From contig NC_006576.1 of the NCBI RefSeq assembly GCF_000010065.1, forward strand, positions 1,590,001 through 1,622,000: a DNA stretch of 32,000 nucleotides, given 5' to 3'. Source of the DNA: Synechococcus elongatus PCC 6301. Its GTDB lineage: Bacteria; Cyanobacteriota; Cyanobacteriia; Synechococcales; Synechococcaceae. This document shows positions 1 through 9,008 of this stretch, one piece after another. The notes under the pieces were generated by a model. It saw nothing but the letters and a program-made list of their open reading frames with translations, was not told where the DNA came from and did no database searches. The translations under genes and the position numbers were made by a program. The first letter of the stretch is position 1. Every line of letters begins with the position of its first letter.

Positions 1-44
1 GTGCCAGTCACGAAAAAGCGATCGGGAAATGCGAACTGAGGCAT
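1..44 (-). CDS. bioD: Dethiobiotin synthetase, N-terminal fragment truncated by the window edge
   Basis: The reverse complement of 1-44 reads MPQFAFPDRFFVTG plus the first two bases of the next codon (..FVTGT.., the P-loop start typical of BioD). It lies 5 bp downstream of the bioC stop. Confidence 0.75.
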   Translation of the reverse strand, partial: MPQFAFPDRFFVTG

Positions 45-49
45 GCAGG

Positions 50-871
50 TTAAGTCAGCAGAGAACAACGGGGATCAGGGCAGCTCACCGGCGCGATCGC
101 TGCAGGTACAGGCGATTTTTGCCACAGCCCCCACCAAAATTCTTGCTCAATCGGTTGCGATCGCTGATCCCAAGCTTGGAGTAAGCGCCGAAATTGCTGG
201 GGTGGCAGAGGATCGGCCGCTGTTGCCGTCGCTCCGAGGTCTTTGAGTTGCCGGAAAAAGTGGCGGGCGTTGGTGATCGGTAACGTCAGGCGATCGCAAG
301 ATCCCTGCTGGAGTTGTCCCGATCGCGACAAGACGGCCTGAATCTCAGCTGCCTCCGGCAGTGGATGTCCCGTAAAGGGAATCTGCAACTGCTCACAGAG
401 CTGTCGCCAGACCTGAAAACTGCCTGCTGTCGGCACTGCTAGTAAGAGCCAGCCGCCCGGAACTAAAGCCGCTTGCCAGCGCTGCAAACTCGCTAGCGGA
501 TCTGGCAGCCATTGCAGGGCAAAACTACTGGCGATCGCGGCATAGGCGGGTTCTGGGCGGACGGTCGCTCCATCCAAAACCTGAAACTGGAGCTGAGGCG
601 ATCGCGGTAAATTCTGCTCACAGGCAGCCAGCATCGCCGGTGAAAGATCAGAGCAAATCAGGGAGCGATCGGGCCAAGTCTGGTGCAGTTTTCGACTGAG
701 TAAGCCTGTGCCACAGCCGATTTCAAGGATCGGTCCCGCTGGCAAGTCAATAGCTCTAAAAGCGGTACTCAAGCGATCGACAGCGACTTTCTGGGCGATC
801 GCCACCGATTCATAGGTTCTGGCAGCAGCGCCAAACTGCTGACCAATTTTGGCGGGGGTTAGCGCACTCAT
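50..871 (-). CDS. bioC: Malonyl-ACP O-methyltransferase BioC-like, SAM-dependent methyltransferase
   Basis: Contains ILEIGCGTGLLS (SAM-binding motif I). An internal ATG at 871 (MSALTPAKIGQQFGAAARTYE) overlaps the upstream stop as ATGA. The longer ORF from GTG 958 is less likely. Sits in a bio operon context. Confidence 0.85.
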   Translation of the reverse strand: MSALTPAKIGQQFGAAARTYESVAIAQKVAVDRLSTAFRAIDLPAGPILEIGCGTGLLSRKLHQTWPDRSLICSDLSPAMLAACEQNLPRSPQLQFQVLDGATVRPEPAYAAIASSFALQWLPDPLASLQRWQAALVPGGWLLLAVPTAGSFQVWRQLCEQLQIPFTGHPLPEAAEIQAVLSRSGQLQQGSCDRLTLPITNARHFFRQLKDLGATATAADPLPPQQFRRLLQAWDQRSQPIEQEFWWGLWQKSPVPAAIAPVSCPDPRCSLLT

Positions 872-1536
872 GCCGCCAATACCTCTTGGAGCCAAGCCTG
901 ACAATCGGCGATCGCGGTGACTGGCAGGGCGTGACCTTGGCGTGGCCAAAATTTCCACGCTGTCGGCTGCAACTGGTCAATGAGAGTCTGCGCCCGTTCA
1001 ATCGGCACAATGCGATCGCTCTCGCCGTGCAGCACCAGCCGCTGAGGAATCCGCAGCAAAGGTTCAATGGCAAGCTGACTGCGATCGAGCTGTTCCAAAT
1101 CTGCCAACAAGCGATCGCGATCGGGGGCGATCGCCGGTAATTCCGGCGCAGTTTGCGGTCGATAGCACTGGCGATAGAAACCCTGCAAACCAGCGAGTGG
1201 ATCAGATGCGATCGCGTCTCGTAATTGCCCTAACGCCTGCTGAGACTGGGTTTTCGCCGGTTCTAGCTCCGGATGATAAGCCGTGAAACCGCCCCAACAA
1301 ATCAGACAATCTGCTCGCGCCACCAAGTCTGCTGGTAGCCAATGCAATCCCCAAGAATGGGTCAGCAACCAGAGGCGATCGCCTAACGCTGGCCAATCCA
1401 ACTGGGGCGACCCCCAATAGCCGCGATCGCCGGCCCAAAAGTCTGCGCCCTGCGCCCGAAACCAGTCCTGCCAAGGCTGCCAGCTTGCCGCAGACCAGCC
1501 CCAGCCATGAAAAGCCAGCACCGACCAACGACTCAT
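868..1536 (-). CDS. Alpha/beta hydrolase, probable pimeloyl-ACP methyl ester carboxylesterase (BioH/BioG/BioK functional role)
   Basis: Contains FHGWGW, a nucleophile-like THSWG, HGESDRIVP (Asp) and QGHALP (His). Located between bioF and bioC with overlapping stop/start codons on both sides. Confidence 0.75.
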   Translation of the reverse strand: MSRWSVLAFHGWGWSAASWQPWQDWFRAQGADFWAGDRGYWGSPQLDWPALGDRLWLLTHSWGLHWLPADLVARADCLICWGGFTAYHPELEPAKTQSQQALGQLRDAIASDPLAGLQGFYRQCYRPQTAPELPAIAPDRDRLLADLEQLDRSQLAIEPLLRIPQRLVLHGESDRIVPIERAQTLIDQLQPTAWKFWPRQGHALPVTAIADCQAWLQEVLAA

Positions 1537-2699
1537 ACCCAGCCCTCACTCAGCACTGTTACAAGCTGGTGCAGGTGTTGCGGTTGATGATCGCTGCGCA
1601 AGACCAGCCGCAATCGCGCCGTCCCCTCGGGTACCGTCGGCGGCCGGATCGCTATCGCTAAAATTCCTGCTGCCTCCAGTCGCTGCGCCAAAGCCAAAGC
1701 TTGCTCAGACTCCCCCACCAGCAGCGGCACAATCTGCGTTTCTGAGGGGCCACAATCCCAGCCGCGATCGCGACAACTCTGCCGCAATTCCGCTGCGATC
1801 GCCTGCAGATGCTGCCGTTCTGGTTCTAGTTCCGGTAATAACTGCACGGCAGCCAAAGCTGCAGCCACGACCGGCGGGGCGATCGCCGTCGTATAAATCA
1901 GCCCCGGACAGGTGTTGATCCAGTAATCACAGAGCGATCGCGAAGCCACCACAAAAGCTCCTGCCGATCCACAGGCTTTGCCAAAGGTGCCAACCGCCAC
2001 ATCCACTCGCGGATGCCGCAACGCTAGACCACTGCCTTCTGTTCCCAACACACCCAGCGCATGGGCATCATCCAAGTAGAGAATGGCACCATAGCGATCG
2101 GCCAAATCCGCCAAGCGATCAACATCCGTGCGATCGCCATCCATGCTGAACACCGTTTCGCTGACGATCCCGAGCCGAACGCCTGCCGGTGCCTGCTGCA
2201 ATAACTGTTCCAAATGGTCGAAGTCGTTGTGGCGATAGCGCCGCCATTGGGCTTTGCTGGCTTGAACCCCAAACAGCAAGCTGTTGTGCGCTAAGCGATC
2301 GACCAAGACCAGCGATTGGCGATCGAATAAAGTCGGCAGCAGCGTTGCGTTCGCCTGATAGCCAGAGCTAAACAGTAGCGCCGCTTCCCGCTGACTGAAG
2401 GCTGCCAGCGCTTCTTCCAGTTGCTGATGTAGCGGAAAACTACCGCAGACCAAGCGCGAGGCCATCGCACCTGTGCCGTAGCGCCGCATCGCTGCCGTCG
2501 CCGCTGCAATCAAGCGCGGATCCTGCGCCAAACCCAAATAGTCATTGCTGCTGAAATCCAGCAAGGGGCGATCGCCCTGCCGCAGATACGGCCCTGCCTC
2601 TGGCGAAAACTCACGTAGCGATCGTCGATTCGATGGCCCGCGCTTCTGGAATGCCTCCTCCACGAACGCCCATTTCGCTACCCCGCGATCGCTCACCAT
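1533..2699 (-). CDS. bioF: 8-amino-7-oxononanoate synthase
   Basis: Contains LLDFSSNDYLGLAQDP, SGYQANATLL, DDAHALGVLG and TFGKACGSAGAFV (PLP lysine region), typical of BioF. Confidence 0.93.
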   Translation of the reverse strand: MVSDRGVAKWAFVEEAFQKRGPSNRRSLREFSPEAGPYLRQGDRPLLDFSSNDYLGLAQDPRLIAAATAAMRRYGTGAMASRLVCGSFPLHQQLEEALAAFSQREAALLFSSGYQANATLLPTLFDRQSLVLVDRLAHNSLLFGVQASKAQWRRYRHNDFDHLEQLLQQAPAGVRLGIVSETVFSMDGDRTDVDRLADLADRYGAILYLDDAHALGVLGTEGSGLALRHPRVDVAVGTFGKACGSAGAFVVASRSLCDYWINTCPGLIYTTAIAPPVVAAALAAVQLLPELEPERQHLQAIAAELRQSCRDRGWDCGPSETQIVPLLVGESEQALALAQRLEAAGILAIAIRPPTVPEGTARLRLVLRSDHQPQHLHQLVTVLSEGWV

Positions 2700-2823
2700 T
2701 GCTGCACCGACACCGATCTCTGATCGTAAAGCCGCGATCGCCTTTCCCTGTCACTGCGTCCGAGGCAACAGACAGCCTGCCATCCATGCCGTCTATCTTG
2801 AAAGGCAGATTCTCAGCAGCGCT

Positions 2824-3801
2824 ATGACGATCGCCACGACCTGTCAACTCGGTCCCAACGGACCCACCGTTTCTGCTCTCGGCATTGGCACTTGGGCTTG
2901 GGGCGACAGTCTCTACTGGACTTACGGCCAAGACTACGACGAAGCGCAATTGCAGACGACCTTTGCCACTGCGATCGCCGCTGGCGTCAGTTTTTTCGAC
3001 ACTGCTGAAATCTATGGCTTAGGCGAATCCGAGCGGATTCTAGGGCGCTGCCTCCAGCAAGGTGATCAGCCTGCCCAGATCGCTACCAAGTACTTCCCAA
3101 TCCCTTGGCGATTCGGCAGCAAAGCCGTACAAAAGGCGCTGGATCAGAGTCTGGAACGGCTGCAGCGCCAGAGCATCGAACTCTATCAAGTTCACTGGCC
3201 GCCCGCTTTTTTGCTCGGACAAACCAAGATCCTGAAAACCCTAGCAGCGGCTTATAAACGCGGTCAGATTCAAGCGATCGGTGTCAGCAACTACAACGCC
3301 CGACAACTGCGGCAGGCCCATGCGCTCCTGGCTGAGCAGGGCGTTCCCCTCGCCGTCAACCAAGTTCAATACTCGCTGTTGGAGCGTCGTATCGAAACCA
3401 ACGGTAGCCTCGCCGCTGCCCGGGAACTCGGCGTCACGATTTTGGCCTACTGTCCGCTGGCCCAAGGCTTGCTGACGGGCAAATATCGGCCAGATGCGGA
3501 CTCGCGCCCCACTGGTGCCCGCAAGATCAACCCGCAGTTCCGCTCGCAGGCGCTGGAAAAACTGCAACCACTGCTGGATCAGCTAGCAGCACTGGGCGAT
3601 CGCTACGATCGCACCATTCCTCAAGTCGCCTTGAACTGGTTGATTGCCCAAGGCAACGTCATCCCCATTCCCGGCGCAAAATCGCCAGCACAGGCCCAAG
3701 ACAATGCTGGTGCCCTCGGTTGGCAACTCAGCCCTGAAGATGTCGCGAGTTTGGCTCAGCTCAGTTCTGGCGGGCGATCGCTGGCGGCAGCTGCTCACTA
3801 A
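2824..3801 (+). CDS. Aldo/keto reductase
   Basis: Contains LGIGTWAWGD, FFDTAEIYGLGESERILG, YQVHWP, IGVSNYNARQL and IPIPGAKSPAQAQDNAGAL. The likely start is the internal ATG at 2824; the ORF track begins at 2545. Confidence 0.9.
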   Translation: MTIATTCQLGPNGPTVSALGIGTWAWGDSLYWTYGQDYDEAQLQTTFATAIAAGVSFFDTAEIYGLGESERILGRCLQQGDQPAQIATKYFPIPWRFGSKAVQKALDQSLERLQRQSIELYQVHWPPAFLLGQTKILKTLAAAYKRGQIQAIGVSNYNARQLRQAHALLAEQGVPLAVNQVQYSLLERRIETNGSLAAARELGVTILAYCPLAQGLLTGKYRPDADSRPTGARKINPQFRSQALEKLQPLLDQLAALGDRYDRTIPQVALNWLIAQGNVIPIPGAKSPAQAQDNAGALGWQLSPEDVASLAQLSSGGRSLAAAAH

Positions 3802-5467
3802 ACAGCAGGGGCATTACCGGATTCGACAGCTGTTCCGCCGCCGCTGCAGTCAAACCAACTCGGGCTTGGCTTTGGCCCAGCAGGTAGGTCTGCAAAAAGG
3901 AGAGACTGACCTGTTGCAAGGCTCGTCGCCCCAACTCTGGCGAGGGTCCCAGCAATGCAGGTGGTAGGCGAGTCGCAGGCCCTTGACTCTCACCTAGCAC
4001 CGAAAAGTGGGTGGCATTCACCGCAACGACCAGATGCTTGTTGGGGCTGCCCAGCCGTTGAAAGGGTTGAATGGCCTCGGCCAAAGTCGGCACGATCAAA
4101 TCGGCACTGCCACTCCAGAGCAAGGTGGGGGTCTGCACTTGGTTGAGAGCAGCTGGCTCAAACACCTTGCTGGCAAAGGGGCTAATCGGCAACACAGCAA
4201 CCACGCGCGGATCGCGCAGGTCGTAGCGATCGCGGGGTAAGCGCCCCAGACTGCACTGCAACGATGCGGAAGGCACAAGCATCAACCGTTCGACTGAGCT
4301 GCAAGCCGCACGAATCTTCTCGGGTTCAATCACTGCTCCTGCCAGCATCAAGGCTGTAAAACCGCCGTAGGAATGCCCCAGCACCGCCACCCGTCGGGTA
4401 TTGACACGAAAGCGCCACTGGGGTTCCAGCATCAAGCGATCGAGCACAAAGCGGATATCTTGGGGTCGATCGATCGCCTCTTGGGGGCCAGGGGGGTTGG
4501 CAAAACCTGCCGCTGCCGAGGCAAACTGGCGCGAGGAACTGCCGACATGTTCCGGCAGGACAACAACAAACCCATGACTGGCCAAAAACTGGGCTAGGTA
4601 GGCAAAGTTGCCACGATCTTCCCCCAAACCATGGGAGATGATGACCACTGGCAGGGATAGCCCTTGGCGATCGGGCCAGTAGATCGTGGTAGGTACCCGA
4701 CGCGTGCGATCGCTGTCGACCCAGTCCCAGTTTTGCTGCCGTACCGTGTAGGGGCCGCGCTGGGCAGGCCGGAAGTTACGGCTGGGCAGGGAGGGTTGCT
4801 CTTGCATTTGGGCTGCGATCGCTCGCAGCATTGCACCCGTTTCCGCCTCTAAGGCCCGAATCCGCTGAAACAGCTTGAGGCCAGTATCCAAGTCCAGCTG
4901 CATGAGCGGTCCAGGAAAGGCCTTGATCAGTCCAATCAAAGTCAGTCCCTGCGGCTGTTCGCTAGCCGTCAGCAGCGCCTGACGCAGAGCCGCTGCACCC
5001 GACTCACCGGGCTGGGGCCGAATCAAGCTGCCAATCTGCTGCAAAAAGATTTCGAGGGTGTCGGTGTTAGTCAACACCGGCCGCAACACCTCTGGCGATA
5101 GCGGCAGTCTTGCGCTCAGGGCAGTGCGAGCCTCCTTCAACGTCGCTTCTGGAACCAGCACATTCAAAAAGCCAAAGCCGCGATCGAAGCGGCCAGTTCT
5201 CTGGAAGTTTTCGAGAACTGAGACGGGCAGATCAAGATTGGTATCCGCCCAAGAGACCCGCAAGGTTTCAGCCGGACGACTGGGCAGGGCGATCGCCCCC
5301 CAAAGGCCAAAAGCAAAGCCGCTGCTCCACAGCAATCGCGTCAGACAAAAGTGAATGCGAGCCCTAGGGCGTAAGTAGCGAGGCGGCTGGTGCCGTGGTT
5401 TCACAGGACAGACCTTCAAACCCGCGACAGAGATTAGCTTCCATTTTGTCGTGTCGCTTGGGTGCAT
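3761..5467 (-). CDS. Exported alpha/beta hydrolase, DUF1400-like N-terminal region
   Basis: N-terminal hydrophobic segment (LLWSSGFAFGLWGAIAL). Hydrolase motifs VVIISHGLGEDRGNF, VAVLGHSYGGFTAL (GHSYG nucleophile) and SGSADLIVP. The N-terminal start is uncertain. Confidence 0.8.
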   Translation of the reverse strand: MHPSDTTKWKLISVAGLKVCPVKPRHQPPRYLRPRARIHFCLTRLLWSSGFAFGLWGAIALPSRPAETLRVSWADTNLDLPVSVLENFQRTGRFDRGFGFLNVLVPEATLKEARTALSARLPLSPEVLRPVLTNTDTLEIFLQQIGSLIRPQPGESGAAALRQALLTASEQPQGLTLIGLIKAFPGPLMQLDLDTGLKLFQRIRALEAETGAMLRAIAAQMQEQPSLPSRNFRPAQRGPYTVRQQNWDWVDSDRTRRVPTTIYWPDRQGLSLPVVIISHGLGEDRGNFAYLAQFLASHGFVVVLPEHVGSSSRQFASAAAGFANPPGPQEAIDRPQDIRFVLDRLMLEPQWRFRVNTRRVAVLGHSYGGFTALMLAGAVIEPEKIRAACSSVERLMLVPSASLQCSLGRLPRDRYDLRDPRVVAVLPISPFASKVFEPAALNQVQTPTLLWSGSADLIVPTLAEAIQPFQRLGSPNKHLVVAVNATHFSVLGESQGPATRLPPALLGPSPELGRRALQQVSLSFLQTYLLGQSQARVGLTAAAAEQLSNPVMPLLFSEQLPPAIARQN

Positions 5468-5511
5468 CTGTCGCTACTTCTACAATCGATCGGGCACCAT
5501 CAAACGCTGGG

Positions 5512-6702
5512 ATGATCACTTCGCACACTGCTGACCAGAACTGGCCGCTTTGGCCTCTGCTGCCACTCTATCCCTACGGGCGGCGCCAGACCCTCTGTCG
5601 GGAAATTCTGCCAAGTCAGCTGTGGGTGTTTGAGCAACTGCAAGGAGTGCTCTACGTCGCGGTGCCGATTCGGATGACGGTGGTGCGACTTCAACGGGGT
5701 GGCCTGCTGGTCTATGCACCAATCGCCCCCACCCGCGAATGCCGACGCCAGCTCCAAGCCTTGGAAAATCGCTACGGCGCAGTGCAGCACATTGTCTTAC
5801 CCACCAGTTCAGGACTCGAACATAAGGTGTTTGTCGGGCCATTTGCCCGCGCTTTCCCCAGCGCTACGATTTGGGTAGCTCCGGATCAATGGAGCTTTCC
5901 GCTGCGCTTGCCGTTGCACTGGTTGGGCATTCCCCGCGATCGCACCCGCTTCCTTGCTGATGCGCAGGGAGAACTGGTTGAGGAGTTTGAGTGGGCGCGA
6001 CTCGGTCCAATCGATCTCGGCCCTGGCCCCTTTGAAGAAATCGCGCTCTTTCACCGCCCTAGCCGCAGCTTGCTGCTCACCGACACACTGATCGCGATTC
6101 AACCGGAGCCACCGGCGATCGCCCAGATCGATCCCTGGCCCTTGCTGTTCCACAGCCGCGATCGCGTCGATCAAACTTGGAAAGATACGCCAGCGTTACG
6201 CCGTCAGGGTTGGCAACGCACCGTTCTATTTAGTCTCTACTTCCGCCCGAGTGCCCTCGAAGTCACCTCGCTTTGGCAGAGTGTCAAAGAGGCAGGACAA
6301 GCACCTGAGCGCTCGCGTCGGGCTTACTGGGGACTCTATCCCTTCCACTGGAAAGCCGACTGGCAGCAATCTTTTCAGAAGCTGCCTGCCGCTGGAACGC
6401 CTTTTGTGGCTCCCATTTCGCAAGAGCTGATTCTTTCGCAAGCCCCAAAAGCAACCTTGGCGTGGGTCGATCACATTTGCCAATGGCCGTTTGAGCAGAT
6501 TGTGCCCTGCCATTTTGAAGCACCGATCGCGGCTGGTCCCGATGCAGTGCGCCAAGCCTTTGCCTTCCTCCGCGATCGCACTCAGCCGTTCCCTGAAGCC
6601 GATCTGGAATTGCTGCACAATCTCGATCGCCAACTTCAGCAACGGGGAATCACACCACCACGCTCACAAGAAAGTGAGATTAAGACTGGTAGCCAGCGCT
6701 AG
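5512..6702 (+). CDS. DUF4336-like conserved hypothetical protein
   Basis: Long ORF with PYGRRQTLCREI, HIVLPTSSGLEHKVFVGPFAR and SRSLLLTDTLIAI. ATG 5512 (MITSHTADQNWPLWPLLPLYPYG) is preferred over the ORF-track start at 5395 because the upstream part overlaps the divergent gene. Confidence 0.7.
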   Translation: MITSHTADQNWPLWPLLPLYPYGRRQTLCREILPSQLWVFEQLQGVLYVAVPIRMTVVRLQRGGLLVYAPIAPTRECRRQLQALENRYGAVQHIVLPTSSGLEHKVFVGPFARAFPSATIWVAPDQWSFPLRLPLHWLGIPRDRTRFLADAQGELVEEFEWARLGPIDLGPGPFEEIALFHRPSRSLLLTDTLIAIQPEPPAIAQIDPWPLLFHSRDRVDQTWKDTPALRRQGWQRTVLFSLYFRPSALEVTSLWQSVKEAGQAPERSRRAYWGLYPFHWKADWQQSFQKLPAAGTPFVAPISQELILSQAPKATLAWVDHICQWPFEQIVPCHFEAPIAAGPDAVRQAFAFLRDRTQPFPEADLELLHNLDRQLQQRGITPPRSQESEIKTGSQR

Positions 6703-6761
6703 TCCTCTTCGCAGAAGCGACTTCTACCGTCAGAATAAGGCGCAGCTACTTGGCTTGCTCC

Positions 6762-7826
6762 ATGTCAATTAAGTCGCTGATCTCATTTGGTTTACTCGTG
6801 TTTGTGCCGATCTCGATCGCGGCGGAATGGCTGCACTGGGGGGAAGGCGCAATTTTTGTGACCTCGGCGCTGGCGATCGTGCCACTTGCGATTTGGCTGA
6901 GTACGGCCACCGAAGAAATCGCGGTGGTGGTGGGTCCTTCGATTGGCGCACTGCTTAATGCTGTATTCGGCAATGCCACGGAGCTGATCATCGCCGTCGT
7001 GGCACTGCGGGCGGGCCTCGTCGATATCGTCAAAGCCAGTATCACCGGCACGATCATCAGTAACCTGCTACTGGCGATGGGCCTGTCGATGCTGGTGGGC
7101 GGTATTGGTCGCCAAGAACAAACCTTCAAGCCAGTGGTAGCGCGGGTCAACGGTTCGGCTATGACTTTGGCAGTTCTTGCCATTCTCTTGCCGACGCTGG
7201 CGATCGCAACCGGTGGGGAAACGCCGCCCTCGGAACTGGGCTTTTCGCAGTTTGTCGCTTGGATTCTGCTGGCGGTCTATGGTCTAACGCTGCTGTTCTC
7301 ACTCAAAACCCACCGCAGTCTCTACGATGTGGGCGTGACTGAACATGAGCACAGTGGCGATCGCCCTAACCTGCTGCTTTGGGTGGGTGTGCTGGCAGCT
7401 GCAACCCTCGCAGTTGCCTACGAGTCAGAAATTTTTGTCGGTGTAGTCGAGTCTGTGACCGAAAAAGTCGGCCTGTCACCATTGTTTACTGGCGTGATCT
7501 TGCTGCCTCTACTCGGTGGTGCGGCAGAATACGTCACTGCCGTCAGCGTGGCGCGCAAAGACAATATGGATCTGTCAGTTTCCGTGGCCCTCGGTTCAAC
7601 CCTGTTGGTCGCTTTGTTCGTGGCACCACTGTTGGTGCTGATCGGCCCCTTGTTCGGCCATCCGCTGGATCTCAGTTTCAACCTATTTGAACTGGTGGCA
7701 GTCGTGGTCGCCGTCGCGGTCAGTAACTTGATCAGCATTGACGGGCGATCGGACTGGCTGGAAGGTTGTCTCCTATTGGCGGCCTACCTGATTCTGGGTG
7801 CTGCTTTCTACTTCCAATCCGCTTGA
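6762..7826 (+). CDS. cax: Calcium/proton exchanger, CaCA family (Cax type)
   Basis: Two repeats containing GNATELIIAVVALRAG and GGAAEYVTAVSVARKDNMDLSVSVALGST, with multiple TM helices. The ORF runs from 6750; an in-frame ATG is at 6762. Confidence 0.9.
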   Translation: MSIKSLISFGLLVFVPISIAAEWLHWGEGAIFVTSALAIVPLAIWLSTATEEIAVVVGPSIGALLNAVFGNATELIIAVVALRAGLVDIVKASITGTIISNLLLAMGLSMLVGGIGRQEQTFKPVVARVNGSAMTLAVLAILLPTLAIATGGETPPSELGFSQFVAWILLAVYGLTLLFSLKTHRSLYDVGVTEHEHSGDRPNLLLWVGVLAAATLAVAYESEIFVGVVESVTEKVGLSPLFTGVILLPLLGGAAEYVTAVSVARKDNMDLSVSVALGSTLLVALFVAPLLVLIGPLFGHPLDLSFNLFELVAVVVAVAVSNLISIDGRSDWLEGCLLLAAYLILGAAFYFQSA

Positions 7827-7833
7827 GCCTGCC

Positions 7834-9003
7834 ATGACGCTACTTCCTGAAGATGCGCCGCGATCGCGGTCATCAGTGGACTGGACTCTCATGCAGCTGT
7901 CGGAGTCGATGCCCCTCTGGCCGCTGCTGGTGGGATCAGGGCTAATTTTGCTCAGCTTGCTAACGGGTTGGCGTTGGCTATTGGCGATCGCTTCGCTAGG
8001 AACCCTGGCGATCGCGGCCCTGCAACTCTTGCCGCCCCTCTGGCAGCGCTGGCGCTACCGCTTTGAGCAAACCGAAACCCGTGAAACCTTGGCACTGTTG
8101 GGGCTATTGCTGGCTGTCGTGGGCTTCAGCATCGTCTTCGATCTCTGGCGACCCTTCATCACGATCTACAGCAGTGGCGATTGGGATGCGATTGGCGCGA
8201 TCGGGGAAGGCGTGATCGGAGCCTTTGGCCAAATTCTGTTGGCGCTAGTCGCCCTGGTCATTGCCTGGCGACAATATGCGATCGATAAGCGGTTAACCAC
8301 TCAGCAAAACCAAATTACCCAAGCGCAGACCATCGATAGCTTCATTCAGGGCATCTCAGATCTGATTAGCGATGAAGAAGGACTGCTCGAAGACTGGCCG
8401 CTGGAACGAATGCTGGCAGAAGGTCGGACAGCTGCTGTCCTCAGCAGTATCGACGGTCAAGGCAAAGCCAAAATTCTGCGCTTTCTCTCCCATGCTCGCC
8501 TGTTGACGCCGCTGAAACGGGATCATCGCCTCGGGCGCGCCATCCTCGATGGCAGTGGTGGCTACGCTGAAGATCGACTGGAAGGGATTCCCGTGATTCA
8601 ACTGCTGAGCATGTTGGCCGGGATGGATTTGCAGGCGACTGACCTCCGTAGCGTCGATTTCAACCGCGCCGATCTGCAGGAGAGTGATCTGCAAGATGCC
8701 GATCTCAGCCAAGCCAACTTAGCGGGCTGCAATCTCAGTGGTAGCCGCCTACGCGAAGCAACCGTGGCGCAAACCCGCTGGTTCTATGGACATTGGGAGA
8801 CCGCAACCCCTGCTCAAGCCAATCTGACGCCGGACTATGAGACGGGGATTGGAACCGGCGCGATCGTTGAGGATGTGGACTTCTCGCAGATCCAATCCCT
8901 GTCGCCCGAAGCTCGCTACTACTGCTGCTCCTGGTGCGGATCGCGATCGCGATCGACGATTCCCGGCGGCTGCAAGGGTATCGCCAACCGTCTCGATCGC
9001 TGA
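7834..9003 (+). CDS. Membrane protein with a C-terminal pentapeptide-repeat block
   Basis: TM segments near the N-terminus, then ATDLRSVDFNRADLQESDLQDADLSQANLAGCNLSGSRLREA, an A(D/N)LxX pentapeptide pattern. Confidence 0.8.
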   Translation: MTLLPEDAPRSRSSVDWTLMQLSESMPLWPLLVGSGLILLSLLTGWRWLLAIASLGTLAIAALQLLPPLWQRWRYRFEQTETRETLALLGLLLAVVGFSIVFDLWRPFITIYSSGDWDAIGAIGEGVIGAFGQILLALVALVIAWRQYAIDKRLTTQQNQITQAQTIDSFIQGISDLISDEEGLLEDWPLERMLAEGRTAAVLSSIDGQGKAKILRFLSHARLLTPLKRDHRLGRAILDGSGGYAEDRLEGIPVIQLLSMLAGMDLQATDLRSVDFNRADLQESDLQDADLSQANLAGCNLSGSRLREATVAQTRWFYGHWETATPAQANLTPDYETGIGTGAIVEDVDFSQIQSLSPEARYYCCSWCGSRSRSTIPGGCKGIANRLDR

Positions 9004-9008
9004 AGCTC

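Noticed and set aside
5809-6642. Minus-strand ORFs of 121 and 138 aa inside the DUF4336-like gene
   Set aside because: Antisense to the longer, motif-consistent plus-strand ORF.
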